From a virus (taxonomy: Duplodnaviria > Heunggongvirae > Uroviricota > Caudoviricetes): DNA of 42,539 bases. This document shows, piece after piece, positions 29,448-38,489 of the stretch; positions within the stretch are counted from its first letter, which is position 1, and every line of letters starts with the position of its first letter. A program made the translations under genes and the position numbers. The stretch lies in the IMG/VR virus record IMGVR_UViG_2897341779_000003. One strand, 5' to 3'. The notes beneath the pieces were generated by a model. The model was not told the origin of the DNA and searched no databases. It was given only the letters and a program-made list of their open reading frames with translations.

Positions 29448-29568
29448 CTACTATCGATTATATTCAGGAGCTTTTTATCATAACGATATCAGATAGATAA
29501 GGACATTGTAATATTTTGGATGATTTAAACTTGCTTTTGTAACTCTAATGTCCACTTTTCGCTCAAAG

Positions 29569-29612
29569 CAGACTGTCAGGTTTGATAGCATTTGGGCTAT
29601 GTAAATTGTCAG
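29569..29612. repeat. right copy of the about 45-bp imperfect direct repeat bracketing the G-FI cargo
   Basis: CAGACTGTCAGGTTTGATAG...TTGTCAGG; same internal spacing as the left copy. Confidence 0.65.
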
Positions 29613-29642
29613 GCGGAAAATGAGTGAGTACAAATCAGGACA

Positions 29643-29669
29643 GGCGGGCGAATTGCCCGCCTTTTCTTT
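29643..29669 (+). terminator. rho-independent terminator separating the cargo from the FI late operon
   Basis: Hairpin GGCGGGC-GAATT-GCCCGCC followed by TTTTCTTT. Confidence 0.7.
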
Positions 29670-29765
29670 ATCTGTTGTTTCATCCACTGACCAGCCAGGT
29701 CAAATAGCGTCTTATGCTCTGCACAACAGAAAATAGTTGTACCCATTAACCACGGAGTTAAACGG

Positions 29766-30956
29766 ATGAGTGACTATCATCATGGCGTGCAGGTGCTGGA
29801 GATTAACGACGGCACCCGCGTCATTTCCACCGTATCCACTGCCATTGTCGGCATGGTCTGCACGGCCAGCGATGCGGATGCGGAAACCTTCCCCCTCAAT
29901 AAACCGGTGCTGATTACCAATGTGCAAAGCGCAATTGCAAAGGCCGGTAAAAAAGGCACGCTGGCGGCATCGTTGCAGGCCATCGCTGACCAGTCAAAAC
30001 CGGTCACCGTTGTCGTGCGCGTGGAAGACTGCACCGGTGATGACGAGGAAACGAAACTCGCGCAGACCGTTTCCAATATCATCGGCACCACCGACGAAAA
30101 CGGTCAGTACACCGGACTAAAAGCCCTGCTGGCGGCGGAGTCGGTAACCGGTGTTAAACCGCGTATTCTCGGTGTGCCGGGACTGGATACCAAAGAGGTG
30201 GCTGTTGCACTGGCATCCGTCTGTCAGAAGCTGCGCGCTTTCGGATATATCAGCGCATGGGGCTGTAAGACCATTTCCGAGGTGAAAGCCTACCGCCAGA
30301 ATTTCAGCCAGCGTGAGCTGATGGTCATCTGGCCGGATTTCCTCGCATGGGATACGGTCACCAGTACCACCGCTACCGCGTATGCCACCGCCCGTGCGCT
30401 GGGTCTGCGCGCTAAAATCGACCAGGAGCAGGGCTGGCATAAAACGCTGTCCAACGTCGGGGTAAACGGTGTTACCGGCATCAGCGCATCTGTATTCTGG
30501 GATTTGCAGGAGTCCGGCACCGATGCTGACCTGCTTAACGAGTCAGGCGTCACTACGCTGATTCGCCGCGACGGTTTCCGATTCTGGGGTAACCGTACCT
30601 GCTCTGATGACCCGCTGTTCCTCTTTGAAAACTACACCCGCACCGCGCAGGTACTGGCTGACACGATGGCTGAGGCGCACATGTGGGCGGTGGACAAGCC
30701 CATCACCGCAACGCTGATTCGCGACATCGTTGACGGCATCAATGCCAAATTCCGTGAGCTGAAAACAAACGGCTATATCGTGGATGCGACCTGCTGGTTC
30801 AGCGAAGAATCCAACGATGCGGAAACCCTCAAGGCCGGAAAACTGTATATCGACTACGACTATACACCGGTGCCTCCTCTTGAAAACCTGACCCTGCGCC
30901 AGCGTATTACCGATAAATACCTGGCAAATCTGGTCACCTCGGTTAACAGCAATTAA
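29766..30956 (+). CDS. FI: tail sheath protein (396 aa)
   Basis: 396 aa as in P2 gpFI. Confidence 0.9.
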   Translation: MSDYHHGVQVLEINDGTRVISTVSTAIVGMVCTASDADAETFPLNKPVLITNVQSAIAKAGKKGTLAASLQAIADQSKPVTVVVRVEDCTGDDEETKLAQTVSNIIGTTDENGQYTGLKALLAAESVTGVKPRILGVPGLDTKEVAVALASVCQKLRAFGYISAWGCKTISEVKAYRQNFSQRELMVIWPDFLAWDTVTSTTATAYATARALGLRAKIDQEQGWHKTLSNVGVNGVTGISASVFWDLQESGTDADLLNESGVTTLIRRDGFRFWGNRTCSDDPLFLFENYTRTAQVLADTMAEAHMWAVDKPITATLIRDIVDGINAKFRELKTNGYIVDATCWFSEESNDAETLKAGKLYIDYDYTPVPPLENLTLRQRITDKYLANLVTSVNSN

Positions 30957-30968
30957 GGAGCCTGACCG

Positions 30969-31487
30969 ATGGCAATGCCGCGCAAACTCAAGTTAATGAA
31001 CGTCTTTCTGAACGGCTACAGCTATCAGGGCGTCGCGAAGTCCGTCACGCTACCAAAACTGACCCGTAAGCTCGAAAACTATCGCGGTGCGGGGATGAAC
31101 GGCAGCGCACCGGTAGACCTCGGCCTTGATGACGATGCGCTGTCAATGGAGTGGTCGCTCGGTGGCTTCCCGGATTCGGTTATCTGGGAGCTTTACGCCG
31201 CAACCGGTGTGGATTCCGTACCGATTCGTTTTGCAGGCTCTTACCAGCGCGACGATACCGGCGAAACGGTGGCCGTCGAGGTGGTCATGCGTGGACGTCA
31301 GAAAGAAATCGACACCGGCGAGGGCAAACAGGGAGAAGACACCGAGTCGAAAATCTCCGTGGTCTGCACCTATTTCCGGCTGACGATGGACGGTAAGGAG
31401 CTGGTCGAAATCGACACCATCAACATGATTGAGAAGGTGAACGGCGTCGACCGGCTGGAGCAACACCGCCGCAATATCGGCCTGTGA
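30969..31487 (+). CDS. FII: tail tube protein (172 aa)
   Basis: 172 aa as in P2 gpFII. Confidence 0.9.
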   Translation: MAMPRKLKLMNVFLNGYSYQGVAKSVTLPKLTRKLENYRGAGMNGSAPVDLGLDDDALSMEWSLGGFPDSVIWELYAATGVDSVPIRFAGSYQRDDTGETVAVEVVMRGRQKEIDTGEGKQGEDTESKISVVCTYFRLTMDGKELVEIDTINMIEKVNGVDRLEQHRRNIGL

Positions 31488-31543
31488 TTTTCATCCGGTC
31501 AGCCTGGCTGACCGGTTAACCCCGATTCAGAAGTGAGAAAACC

Positions 31544-31819
31544 ATGAACAAAGAAAATGTGATTACCCTGGACAATCCGGTCAAGCGTGGTGAGCAGGTT
31601 ATCGAACAGGTCACGCTGATGAAACCTAATGCCGGGACGCTGCGCGGTGTCAGTCTGGCTGCGGTCGCGAACTCCGAAGTCGATGCACTGATTAAGGTGC
31701 TGCCGCGCATGACGGCACCGATGCTGACCGAGCAGGAAGTCGCCGCGCTGGAACTGCCTGACCTTGTGGCGCTGGCCGGTAAGGTGGTCGGTTTTTTGTC
31801 GCCGAACTCGGTGCAGTGA
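31544..31819 (+). CDS. E: tail assembly chaperone E (91 aa)
   Basis: 91 aa immediately upstream of the tape measure gene. Confidence 0.85.
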   Translation: MNKENVITLDNPVKRGEQVIEQVTLMKPNAGTLRGVSLAAVANSEVDALIKVLPRMTAPMLTEQEVAALELPDLVALAGKVVGFLSPNSVQ

Positions 31820-31971
31820 CGCTTCCGAAAAATCTGTCGGTCGATGACCTGATGGCGGATGTGGCAGTGATATTTCACTGGCCGCCATCAGAACTGTATC
31901 CCATGAGCCTGACCGAACTCATCACATGGCGCGAAAAGGCGCTCAGGCGAAGCGGAAACACGAATGAGTAA
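31544..31971 (+). CDS. E+E': E+E' fusion product (about 142 aa) made by programmed -1 ribosomal frameshift at T-TTT-TTG (31792-31798)
   Basis: X-XXY-YYZ slippery heptamer near the end of E; the -1 frame stays open to TAA at 31969-31971, overlapping the start of T. Confidence 0.75.
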
Positions 31972-34411
31972 CAATGTAAAATTACAGGTATTGCTCAGGG
32001 CTGTTGACCAGGCGTCCCGCCCGTTTAAATCCATCCGCACAGCGAGTAAGTTGCTGTCGGGGGATATCCGGGAAACACAAAAATCACTGCGCGAGCTGAA
32101 CGGTCACGCATCCCGTATTGAGGGATTCCGCAAGACCAGTGCACAGCTCGCCGTGACTGGTCATGCACTTGAAAAGGCACGGCAGCAGGCCGAAGCCCTT
32201 GCCACACAGTTTAAAAACACCGAACGCCCGACCCGTGCTCAGGCGAAAGTGCTGGAATCCGCAAAGCGTGCGGCGGAGGACTTACAGGCGAAATATAACC
32301 GCCTGACAGATTCCGTTAAACGCCAGCAGCGGGAACTGGCCGCTGTGGGAATTAATACCCGCAATCTTGCACATGATGAGCAGGGACTGAAAAACCGTAT
32401 CAGTGAAACCACCGCCCAGCTTAACCGGCAGCGTGACGCGCTGGCGCGTGTCAGTGCGCAACAGGCAAAACTTAACGCAGTCAAACAGCGTTATCAGGCC
32501 GGAAAGGAACTGGCCGGAAATATGGCCTCAGTGGGCGCTGCCGGTGTGGGGATTGCGGCGGCGGGAACGATGGCCGGTGTTAAGCTGCTGATGCCCGGTT
32601 ATGAGTTTGCGCAGAAAAACTCAGAATTACAGGCCGTGCTCGGTGTGGCAAAAGATTCTGCCGAAATGGCCGCGCTACGCAAACAGGCGCGCCAGCTCGG
32701 CGACAACACAGCCGCCTCGGCGGATGATGCTGCCGGTGCGCAGATTATCATTGCGAAAGCCGGTGGGGATGTTGATGCCATTCAGGCGGCAACGCCGGTC
32801 ACGCTGAATATGGCGCTGGCGAACCGCCGCACGATGGAAGAAAACGCCGCCCTGCTGATGGGGATGAAATCCGCCTTTCAGCTTTCAAACGATAAGGTCG
32901 CTCATATCGGGGATGTTCTCTCCATGACGATGAACAAAACCGCCGCCGATTTTGACGGTATGAGCGATGCGCTGACCTATGCCGCACCTGTGGCAAAAAA
33001 TGCCGGTGTCAGCATTGAAGAAACAGCCGCAATGGTCGGGGCGCTGCATGATGCAAAAATTACCGGTTCAATGGCGGGAACGGGAAGCCGTGCCGTGTTA
33101 AGCCGCCTGCAGGCACCGACGGGAAAAGCATGGGATGCACTCAAAGAGCTTGGTGTGAAAACCTCAGACAGTAAGGGAAACACCCGACCAGTATTTACCA
33201 TTCTGAAAGAAATGCAGGCCAGTTTTGAGAAAAACCGGCTCGGTACTGCCCAGCAGGCTGAATACATGAAAACCATTTTCGGGGAGGAGGCCAGTTCAGC
33301 CGCCGCCGTGCTGATGACTGCCGCCTCAACCGGAAAGCTGGACAAACTGACCGCTGCGTTTAAAGCCTCAGACGGAAAGACCGCAGAACTGGTAAATATC
33401 ATGCAGGACAACCTCGGCGGTGACTTTAAGGAGTTTCAGTCCGCTTATGAGGCGGTGGGGACTGACCTGTTTGACCAGCAGGAAGGCGCACTGCGTAAGC
33501 TCACGCAGACGGCCACAAAGTATGTGTTAAAACTCGACGGCTGGATCCAGAAAAACAAATCACTGGCGTTAACCATTGGCCTAATTGCCGGTGGTGCACT
33601 GGCGCTGACTGGCATCATTGGTGCCATTGGCCTCGTAGCCTGGCCGGTTATCACCGGCATCAATGCTATTATCGCGGCAGCAGGCGCAATGGGGGCAATC
33701 TTCACGACGGTTGGCAGTGCTGTTATGACGGCCATCGGGGCGATTAGCTGGCCGGTTGTGGCCGTGGTGGCTGCCATTGTCGCCGGGGCGTTGCTTATCC
33801 GTAAATACTGGGAGCCTGTCAGCGCATTCTTTGGCGGTGTGGTTGAAGGGCTGAAAGCGGCATTTGCGCCGGTGGGGGAGCTGTTCACGCCACTTAAGCC
33901 GGTGTTTGACTGGCTGGGCGAAAAGTTACAGGCCGCGTGGCAGTGGTTTACAAACCTGATTGCTCCGGTTAAAGCCACCCGGGACACCCTGAACCGTTGC
34001 CGTGACACGGGCGTCATGTTCGGGCAGGCACTGGCTGACGCGCTGATGCTGCCGCTTAATGCGTTCAACAAACTGCGCAGCGGTATTGACTGGGTACTGG
34101 AAAAACTCGGTGTTATCAACAAAGAGTCAGACACACTTGACCAGACCGCCGCCAGAACTCATGCCGCCACGTATGGCACCGGTGGTTATATTCCGGCGAC
34201 CAGCTCTTATGCAGGCTATCAGGCTTATCAGCCGGTCACGGCACCGGCTGGCCGCTCTTATGTGGACCAGAGTAAAAACGAATATCACATCAGCCTGACG
34301 GGTGGTACTGCGCCGGGGACACAGCTTGACCGCCAGTTACAGGATGCGCTCGAAAAATACGAGCGGGATAAACGTGCGCGCGCCCGTGCCAGCATGATGC
34401 ATGACGGTTAA
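31964..34411 (+). CDS. T: tail tape measure protein (815 aa)
   Basis: 815 aa as in P2 gpT; Ala/Gly-rich hydrophobic segment near the C-terminus. Confidence 0.9.
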   Translation: MSNNVKLQVLLRAVDQASRPFKSIRTASKLLSGDIRETQKSLRELNGHASRIEGFRKTSAQLAVTGHALEKARQQAEALATQFKNTERPTRAQAKVLESAKRAAEDLQAKYNRLTDSVKRQQRELAAVGINTRNLAHDEQGLKNRISETTAQLNRQRDALARVSAQQAKLNAVKQRYQAGKELAGNMASVGAAGVGIAAAGTMAGVKLLMPGYEFAQKNSELQAVLGVAKDSAEMAALRKQARQLGDNTAASADDAAGAQIIIAKAGGDVDAIQAATPVTLNMALANRRTMEENAALLMGMKSAFQLSNDKVAHIGDVLSMTMNKTAADFDGMSDALTYAAPVAKNAGVSIEETAAMVGALHDAKITGSMAGTGSRAVLSRLQAPTGKAWDALKELGVKTSDSKGNTRPVFTILKEMQASFEKNRLGTAQQAEYMKTIFGEEASSAAAVLMTAASTGKLDKLTAAFKASDGKTAELVNIMQDNLGGDFKEFQSAYEAVGTDLFDQQEGALRKLTQTATKYVLKLDGWIQKNKSLALTIGLIAGGALALTGIIGAIGLVAWPVITGINAIIAAAGAMGAIFTTVGSAVMTAIGAISWPVVAVVAAIVAGALLIRKYWEPVSAFFGGVVEGLKAAFAPVGELFTPLKPVFDWLGEKLQAAWQWFTNLIAPVKATRDTLNRCRDTGVMFGQALADALMLPLNAFNKLRSGIDWVLEKLGVINKESDTLDQTAARTHAATYGTGGYIPATSSYAGYQAYQPVTAPAGRSYVDQSKNEYHISLTGGTAPGTQLDRQLQDALEKYERDKRARARASMMHDG

Positions 34412-34425
34412 GGAGGTGACGAAAA

Positions 34426-34905
34426 ATGATGCTCGCGTTAGGTATGTTTGTTTTTATGCGCCAGACGCTGCCACACCAGACCATGCAGCGTGAATCAGAT
34501 TATCGCTGGGCGTCAAATTCCCGTATCGGCAAACGGGATGCCTTTCAGTTTCTCGGTGTTGGCGAGGAAAATATCACGCTTGCCGGTGTGCTTTATCCCG
34601 AACTGACCGGCGGCAAGCTGACGATGACCACGCTCAGGCTGATGGCTGAGGAAGGCCGGGCGTGGCCGTTGCTGGATGGCACCGGCATGATTTACGGCAT
34701 GTATGTCATCAGCAGGGTGAGTGAAACAGGGAGTATTTTCTTTGCAGACGGCACACCCCGGAAAATTGATTTTACGCTGTCGCTCACCCGCGTTGATGAA
34801 TCACTGGCCGCGCTTTATGGCGATATCGGTAAACAGGCAGAATCGCTCATCGGTAAGGCTGGCAGTATGGCGACTAAATTCACGGATATGACGGGGGCGG
34901 GATAA
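34426..34905 (+). CDS. U: tail protein U (159 aa)
   Basis: 159 aa as in P2 gpU. Confidence 0.85.
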   Translation: MMLALGMFVFMRQTLPHQTMQRESDYRWASNSRIGKRDAFQFLGVGEENITLAGVLYPELTGGKLTMTTLRLMAEEGRAWPLLDGTGMIYGMYVISRVSETGSIFFADGTPRKIDFTLSLTRVDESLAALYGDIGKQAESLIGKAGSMATKFTDMTGAG

Positions 34906-36068
34906 TGCTGGATGCACTGACATTTGATGCAGGCAGTACGCTGACGCCGGATTACATGCTGATGCTCGACAACAGGGATATTACCGGCAATATCAGCGAC
35001 CGTCTGATGAGCATGACCCTGACGGATAACCGGGGCTTTGAGGCTGACCAGCTTGATATTGAACTGAACGATGCCGACGGGCAGGTCGGGCTGCCGGTTC
35101 GTGGCGCTGTCCTGACGGTGTATATCGGCTGGAAAGGTTTTGCCCTGGTATGCAAAGGGAAATTTACCGTTGATGAGGTTGAACACCGGGGCGCACCGGA
35201 TGTGGTCACCATCCGCGCCCGGAGTGCAGATTTTCGCGGGACGCTCAATTCCCGCCGTGAAGGCTCCTGGCATGACACCACGCTCGGTGCGATTGTTGAA
35301 GCGATAGCCTCCCGTAACAGGCTGGAAGCCAGTGTCGCTCCGTCACTGGCCGGAATTAAAATCCCGCACATCGACCAGTCGCAGGAGTCTGATGCAAAAT
35401 TCCTGACCCGCCTTGCTGAACGCAACGGCGGTGAGGTGTCGGTAAAAATGGGAAAACTGTTGTTTCTCAAGGCGGGGCAGGGGGTGACGGCCAGCGGTAA
35501 AAAAATCCCGCAGATTACCATCACCCGCAGCGACGGCGACCGCCATCATTTTGCGATTGCTGACCGTGGAGCCTATACCGGCGTAACGGCAAAGTGGTTA
35601 CACACCAAAGACCCGAAGCCACAAAAGCAGAAGGTAAAACTGAAACGCAAAAAGAAAGAGAAACACCTGCGCGCACTGGAGCACCCGAAAGCGAAACCAG
35701 TCACGCAGAAGAAAGCGCCAAAAGTACCGGAAGCGCGCGAAGGTGAATACATGGCAGGTGAGGCTGACAATGTTTTTGCCCTGACCGCGGTATATGCCAC
35801 GAAAGCGCAGGCCATGCGCGCCGCTCAGGCGAAGTGGGATAAGCTGCAACGGGGCGTTGCGGAGTTCTCCATCAGCCTGGCTACCGGTCGGGCAGATATT
35901 TACACGGAAACACCGGTTAAAGTGTCAGGCTTTAAGCGCGTCATAGACGAGCAGGACTGGACAATCACTAAGGTGACACATTTTCTGAATAATAGCGGCT
36001 TCACGACGTCCTTGGAGCTTGAGGTCAGGCTTTCTGATGTGGAGTACGAAACAGAAGATGATGAGTGA
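34905..36068 (+). CDS. D: tail protein D (387 aa)
   Basis: 387 aa as in P2 gpD. Confidence 0.85.
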   Translation: MLDALTFDAGSTLTPDYMLMLDNRDITGNISDRLMSMTLTDNRGFEADQLDIELNDADGQVGLPVRGAVLTVYIGWKGFALVCKGKFTVDEVEHRGAPDVVTIRARSADFRGTLNSRREGSWHDTTLGAIVEAIASRNRLEASVAPSLAGIKIPHIDQSQESDAKFLTRLAERNGGEVSVKMGKLLFLKAGQGVTASGKKIPQITITRSDGDRHHFAIADRGAYTGVTAKWLHTKDPKPQKQKVKLKRKKKEKHLRALEHPKAKPVTQKKAPKVPEAREGEYMAGEADNVFALTAVYATKAQAMRAAQAKWDKLQRGVAEFSISLATGRADIYTETPVKVSGFKRVIDEQDWTITKVTHFLNNSGFTTSLELEVRLSDVEYETEDDE

Positions 36069-36149
36069 TGTTTTTATTTTATCTATTTGTTTTATAAGGA
36101 TAAATTAACTAAAATAGCACCATCAACAAAACCGGAAGAGGTGCTCGCG

Positions 36150-36368
36150 ATGTTTCATTGTCCTTTATGCCAGCATGCCGCACATGCGCGTACAAGCCGC
36201 TATATCACTGACACGACAAAAGAGCGTTATCACCAGTGTCAGAACGTGAATTGCAGCGCCACATTCATCACTTATGAGTCGGTACAGCGATACATCGTGA
36301 AGCCGGGAGAAGTCCACGCCGTAAGACCGCACCCGTTGCCGTCAGGGCAGCAAATTATGTGGATGTAA
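36150..36368 (+). CDS. ogr: late transcription activator Ogr (72 aa, C4 zinc finger)
   Basis: 72 aa from the internal ATG; CPLCQ ... CQNVNC zinc finger; last phage gene before attR. Confidence 0.85.
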   Translation: MFHCPLCQHAAHARTSRYITDTTKERYHQCQNVNCSATFITYESVQRYIVKPGEVHAVRPHPLPSGQQIMWM

Positions 36369-36380
36369 TTACAAACAGGA

Positions 36381-36406
36381 AGCCCCTCAGTCGAGGGGCT
36401 TTTTTG
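36381..36406 (+). terminator. rho-independent terminator after ogr
   Basis: Hairpin GCCCCTC-AGTC-GAGGGGC followed by TTTTTT. Confidence 0.75.
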
Positions 36407-36469
36407 TCGATGTGGTCAATGTGTGGACGTGACCAGAAATAAATCCTTTTATTTCATTGTGTTACGCGT

Positions 36470-36496
36470 AAAAAATAAGCCTGCGTAAGGGAGATT
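36470..36496. other. prophage attR core (27 bp; 2 substitutions relative to the attL copy)
   Basis: AAAAAATAAGCCTGCGTAAGGGAGATT; forms the terminator of the adjacent sRNA gene. Confidence 0.7.
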
Positions 36497-36556
36497 ACAC
36501 AGGCTAAGGAGGTGGTTCCTGGTACAGCTAGCATTTTATGGGTTATGTTTTTCAGC
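36470..36556 (-). ncRNA. cyaR: CyaR (RyeE)-like Hfq-dependent sRNA, about 87 nt; its terminator overlaps the att core
   Basis: Minus-strand sequence GCTGAAAAACATAACCCATAAAATGCTAGCTGTACCAGGAACCACCTCCTTAGCCTGTGTAATCTCCCTTACGCAGGCTTATTTTTT agrees with my recollection of E. coli CyaR apart from 2 positions in the terminator stem. Confidence 0.7.
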
Positions 36557-36640
36557 GAAACGGATGATAACCTTAATAAATGCAGCTGTATGTGATCGGT
36601 TTCTAAGAATTTTCCATCCGGGAAAAATAATCGAAATTAA

Positions 36641-38002
36641 TCACTTACCGTGGGGGTTACGCGTGGTTTCCCCGGAGAAATTACGCATCAGCAGCGCGTA
36701 ATTTAGCTCAAGATCCTGCGGCACCGGGAGCCACACAGTATAACCATCGCCTGGTGCGACCGGCATCGCTTCACCTTTGGCGTTTTCCATATGCTCAAGG
36801 GTAAAGTTAATGTTGCCTTGCGGCGTCATCAGCTCAAGGCTGTCGCCAACGGAGAATTTATTTTTCACCGCTACCGCCGCGAGCTCCCCCTTGCGCTCAC
36901 CGGTAAACTCACCAACAAACTGCTGGCGGTCAGAAACCGAATAACCGTATTCGTAGTTCTGATAATCGTCGTGGGTATGACGACGCAGGAAACCTTCGGT
37001 ATAGCCACGATGCGCCAGACCTTCCAGCGTTTCCAGCAGGCTGGTATCGAACGGTTTGCCCGCAGCGGCGTCATCGATAGCTTTACGGTAAACCTGCGCG
37101 GTGCGTGCGCAATAGTAGAAAGATTTGGTACGGCCTTCGATTTTCAGCGAATGCACGCCCATTTTGGTCAGGCGTTCAACATGGGCGATGGCGCGCAGAT
37201 CTTTCGAGTTCATGATGTAAGTGCCGTGCTCATCTTCAAACGCGGTCATATACTCGCCCGGACGCTGGGCTTCTTCGATCATAAACACTTTGTCGGTTGG
37301 CGCGCCGATACCCAGCGTCGGCTCAACATTTTGCACCGGAATCGGCTCGTACTTGTGTACGATGTTGCCGACGTCATCTTCTTTCCCTTCCTGGACATTG
37401 TACTCCCAGCGGCAGGCGTTGGTGCAGGTGCCCTGGTTCGGGTCGCGCTTGTTGATATAGCCAGAGAGCAGGCAGCGACCGGAGTAGGCCATGCACAGCG
37501 CGCCGTGAACGAAGATTTCGATCTCCATATCCGGCACCTGATTGCGGATCTCTTCAATCTCTTCCAGTGACAGTTCGCGAGAGAGGATCACGCGGGTCAG
37601 ACCCATTTGCTGCCAGAATTTCACCGTCGCCCAGTTTACGGCGTTAGCCTGTACCGAGAGGTGGATTGGCATTTCCGGGAAGTGTTCACGCACCAGCATA
37701 ATCAGCCCTGGATCGGACATAATCAGCGCATCCGGCCCCATTTCCACCACCGGTTTCAGGTCACGGATAAAGGTTTTCAGCTTGGCGTTGTGCGGTGCAA
37801 TGTTGACCACGACATAAAACTTTTTCCCCAGCGCGTGGGCTTCATTGATGCCGAGCTGAAGATTTTCGTGGTTGAATTCGTTGTTGCGTACACGCAGGGA
37901 GTAACGCGGCTGGCCCGCATAAACAGCATCTGCGCCATAAGCGAAAGCGTAACGCATATTTTTCAGCGTTCCCGCCGGGGAAAGGAGTTCCGGTTTAAAC
38001 AT
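36641..38002 (-). CDS. yegQ: U32-family peptidase/hydroxylase, YegQ-like (453 aa)
   Basis: 453-aa ORF with RBS GAGAG; host-like GC content; U32 family and yegQ identity recalled from the N-terminus MFKPELLSPAGTLKNMRYAF and its position next to CyaR. Confidence 0.75.
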   Translation of the reverse strand: MFKPELLSPAGTLKNMRYAFAYGADAVYAGQPRYSLRVRNNEFNHENLQLGINEAHALGKKFYVVVNIAPHNAKLKTFIRDLKPVVEMGPDALIMSDPGLIMLVREHFPEMPIHLSVQANAVNWATVKFWQQMGLTRVILSRELSLEEIEEIRNQVPDMEIEIFVHGALCMAYSGRCLLSGYINKRDPNQGTCTNACRWEYNVQEGKEDDVGNIVHKYEPIPVQNVEPTLGIGAPTDKVFMIEEAQRPGEYMTAFEDEHGTYIMNSKDLRAIAHVERLTKMGVHSLKIEGRTKSFYYCARTAQVYRKAIDDAAAGKPFDTSLLETLEGLAHRGYTEGFLRRHTHDDYQNYEYGYSVSDRQQFVGEFTGERKGELAAVAVKNKFSVGDSLELMTPQGNINFTLEHMENAKGEAMPVAPGDGYTVWLPVPQDLELNYALLMRNFSGETTRNPHGK

Positions 38003-38489
38003 AATTCTCTCGTTCTGATGACAGGTCAGAGCCGCTTCACCTGATGAAGCGGTTAGGGGAGTGCCCCCACTTTAAGGGCGGGCATTGTAGCGCAATCGGC
38101 GGGTTTAGCTCCAGTGTAAATGTGAGGGGAGAAGTGGCAGAGATGGGAGTATCTACACGAAATCTTCATGTAGTGATAAAAGAAAAAGTTGACGATACTG
38201 ACTACTTTCCTGAATGTTCATCCCCTGATAATTATGAATGTATTTGCCGTCCTCTTACAGCCTGAATTATTGAGGATGTAAAATAATGTCATTTATCTCA
38301 ATTATTCACTAAAATAAACTGCAAATATAAGACATAATTTCCAAAGTTTGTGACGCTGCCACTATTGAGTTTACGTTATTTTCTTGAGTGGCTTACTTGA
38401 GTATGTACCTGCAACCATGCTGATTTAGATAAAAAATCTATAGTCAACAATTATTGCTTTGAGTGATATAATAAACACGGGCGGATGTT

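Noticed and set aside
29478-29687. 69-aa minus-strand ORF between the membrane protein gene and FI
   Set aside because: It overlaps the right direct repeat and the strong plus-strand terminator, and has no RBS.
14984-29765. Ogr-dependent late promoter elements (TGT-N12-ACA dyad) upstream of the P, O, V and FI late operons
   Set aside because: I could not find a clean match by eye in the expected positions, so no promoter is annotated. A position-weight-matrix scan is needed.
38021-38265. Hairpin CCGCTTCA-CCTGA-TGAAGCGG (38032-38052) and a 73-aa ORF (38044-38265) upstream of yegQ
   Set aside because: The hairpin has no U-tract on either strand and the ORF has no RBS. Probably 5'-UTR or intergenic structure; insufficient evidence for a feature.
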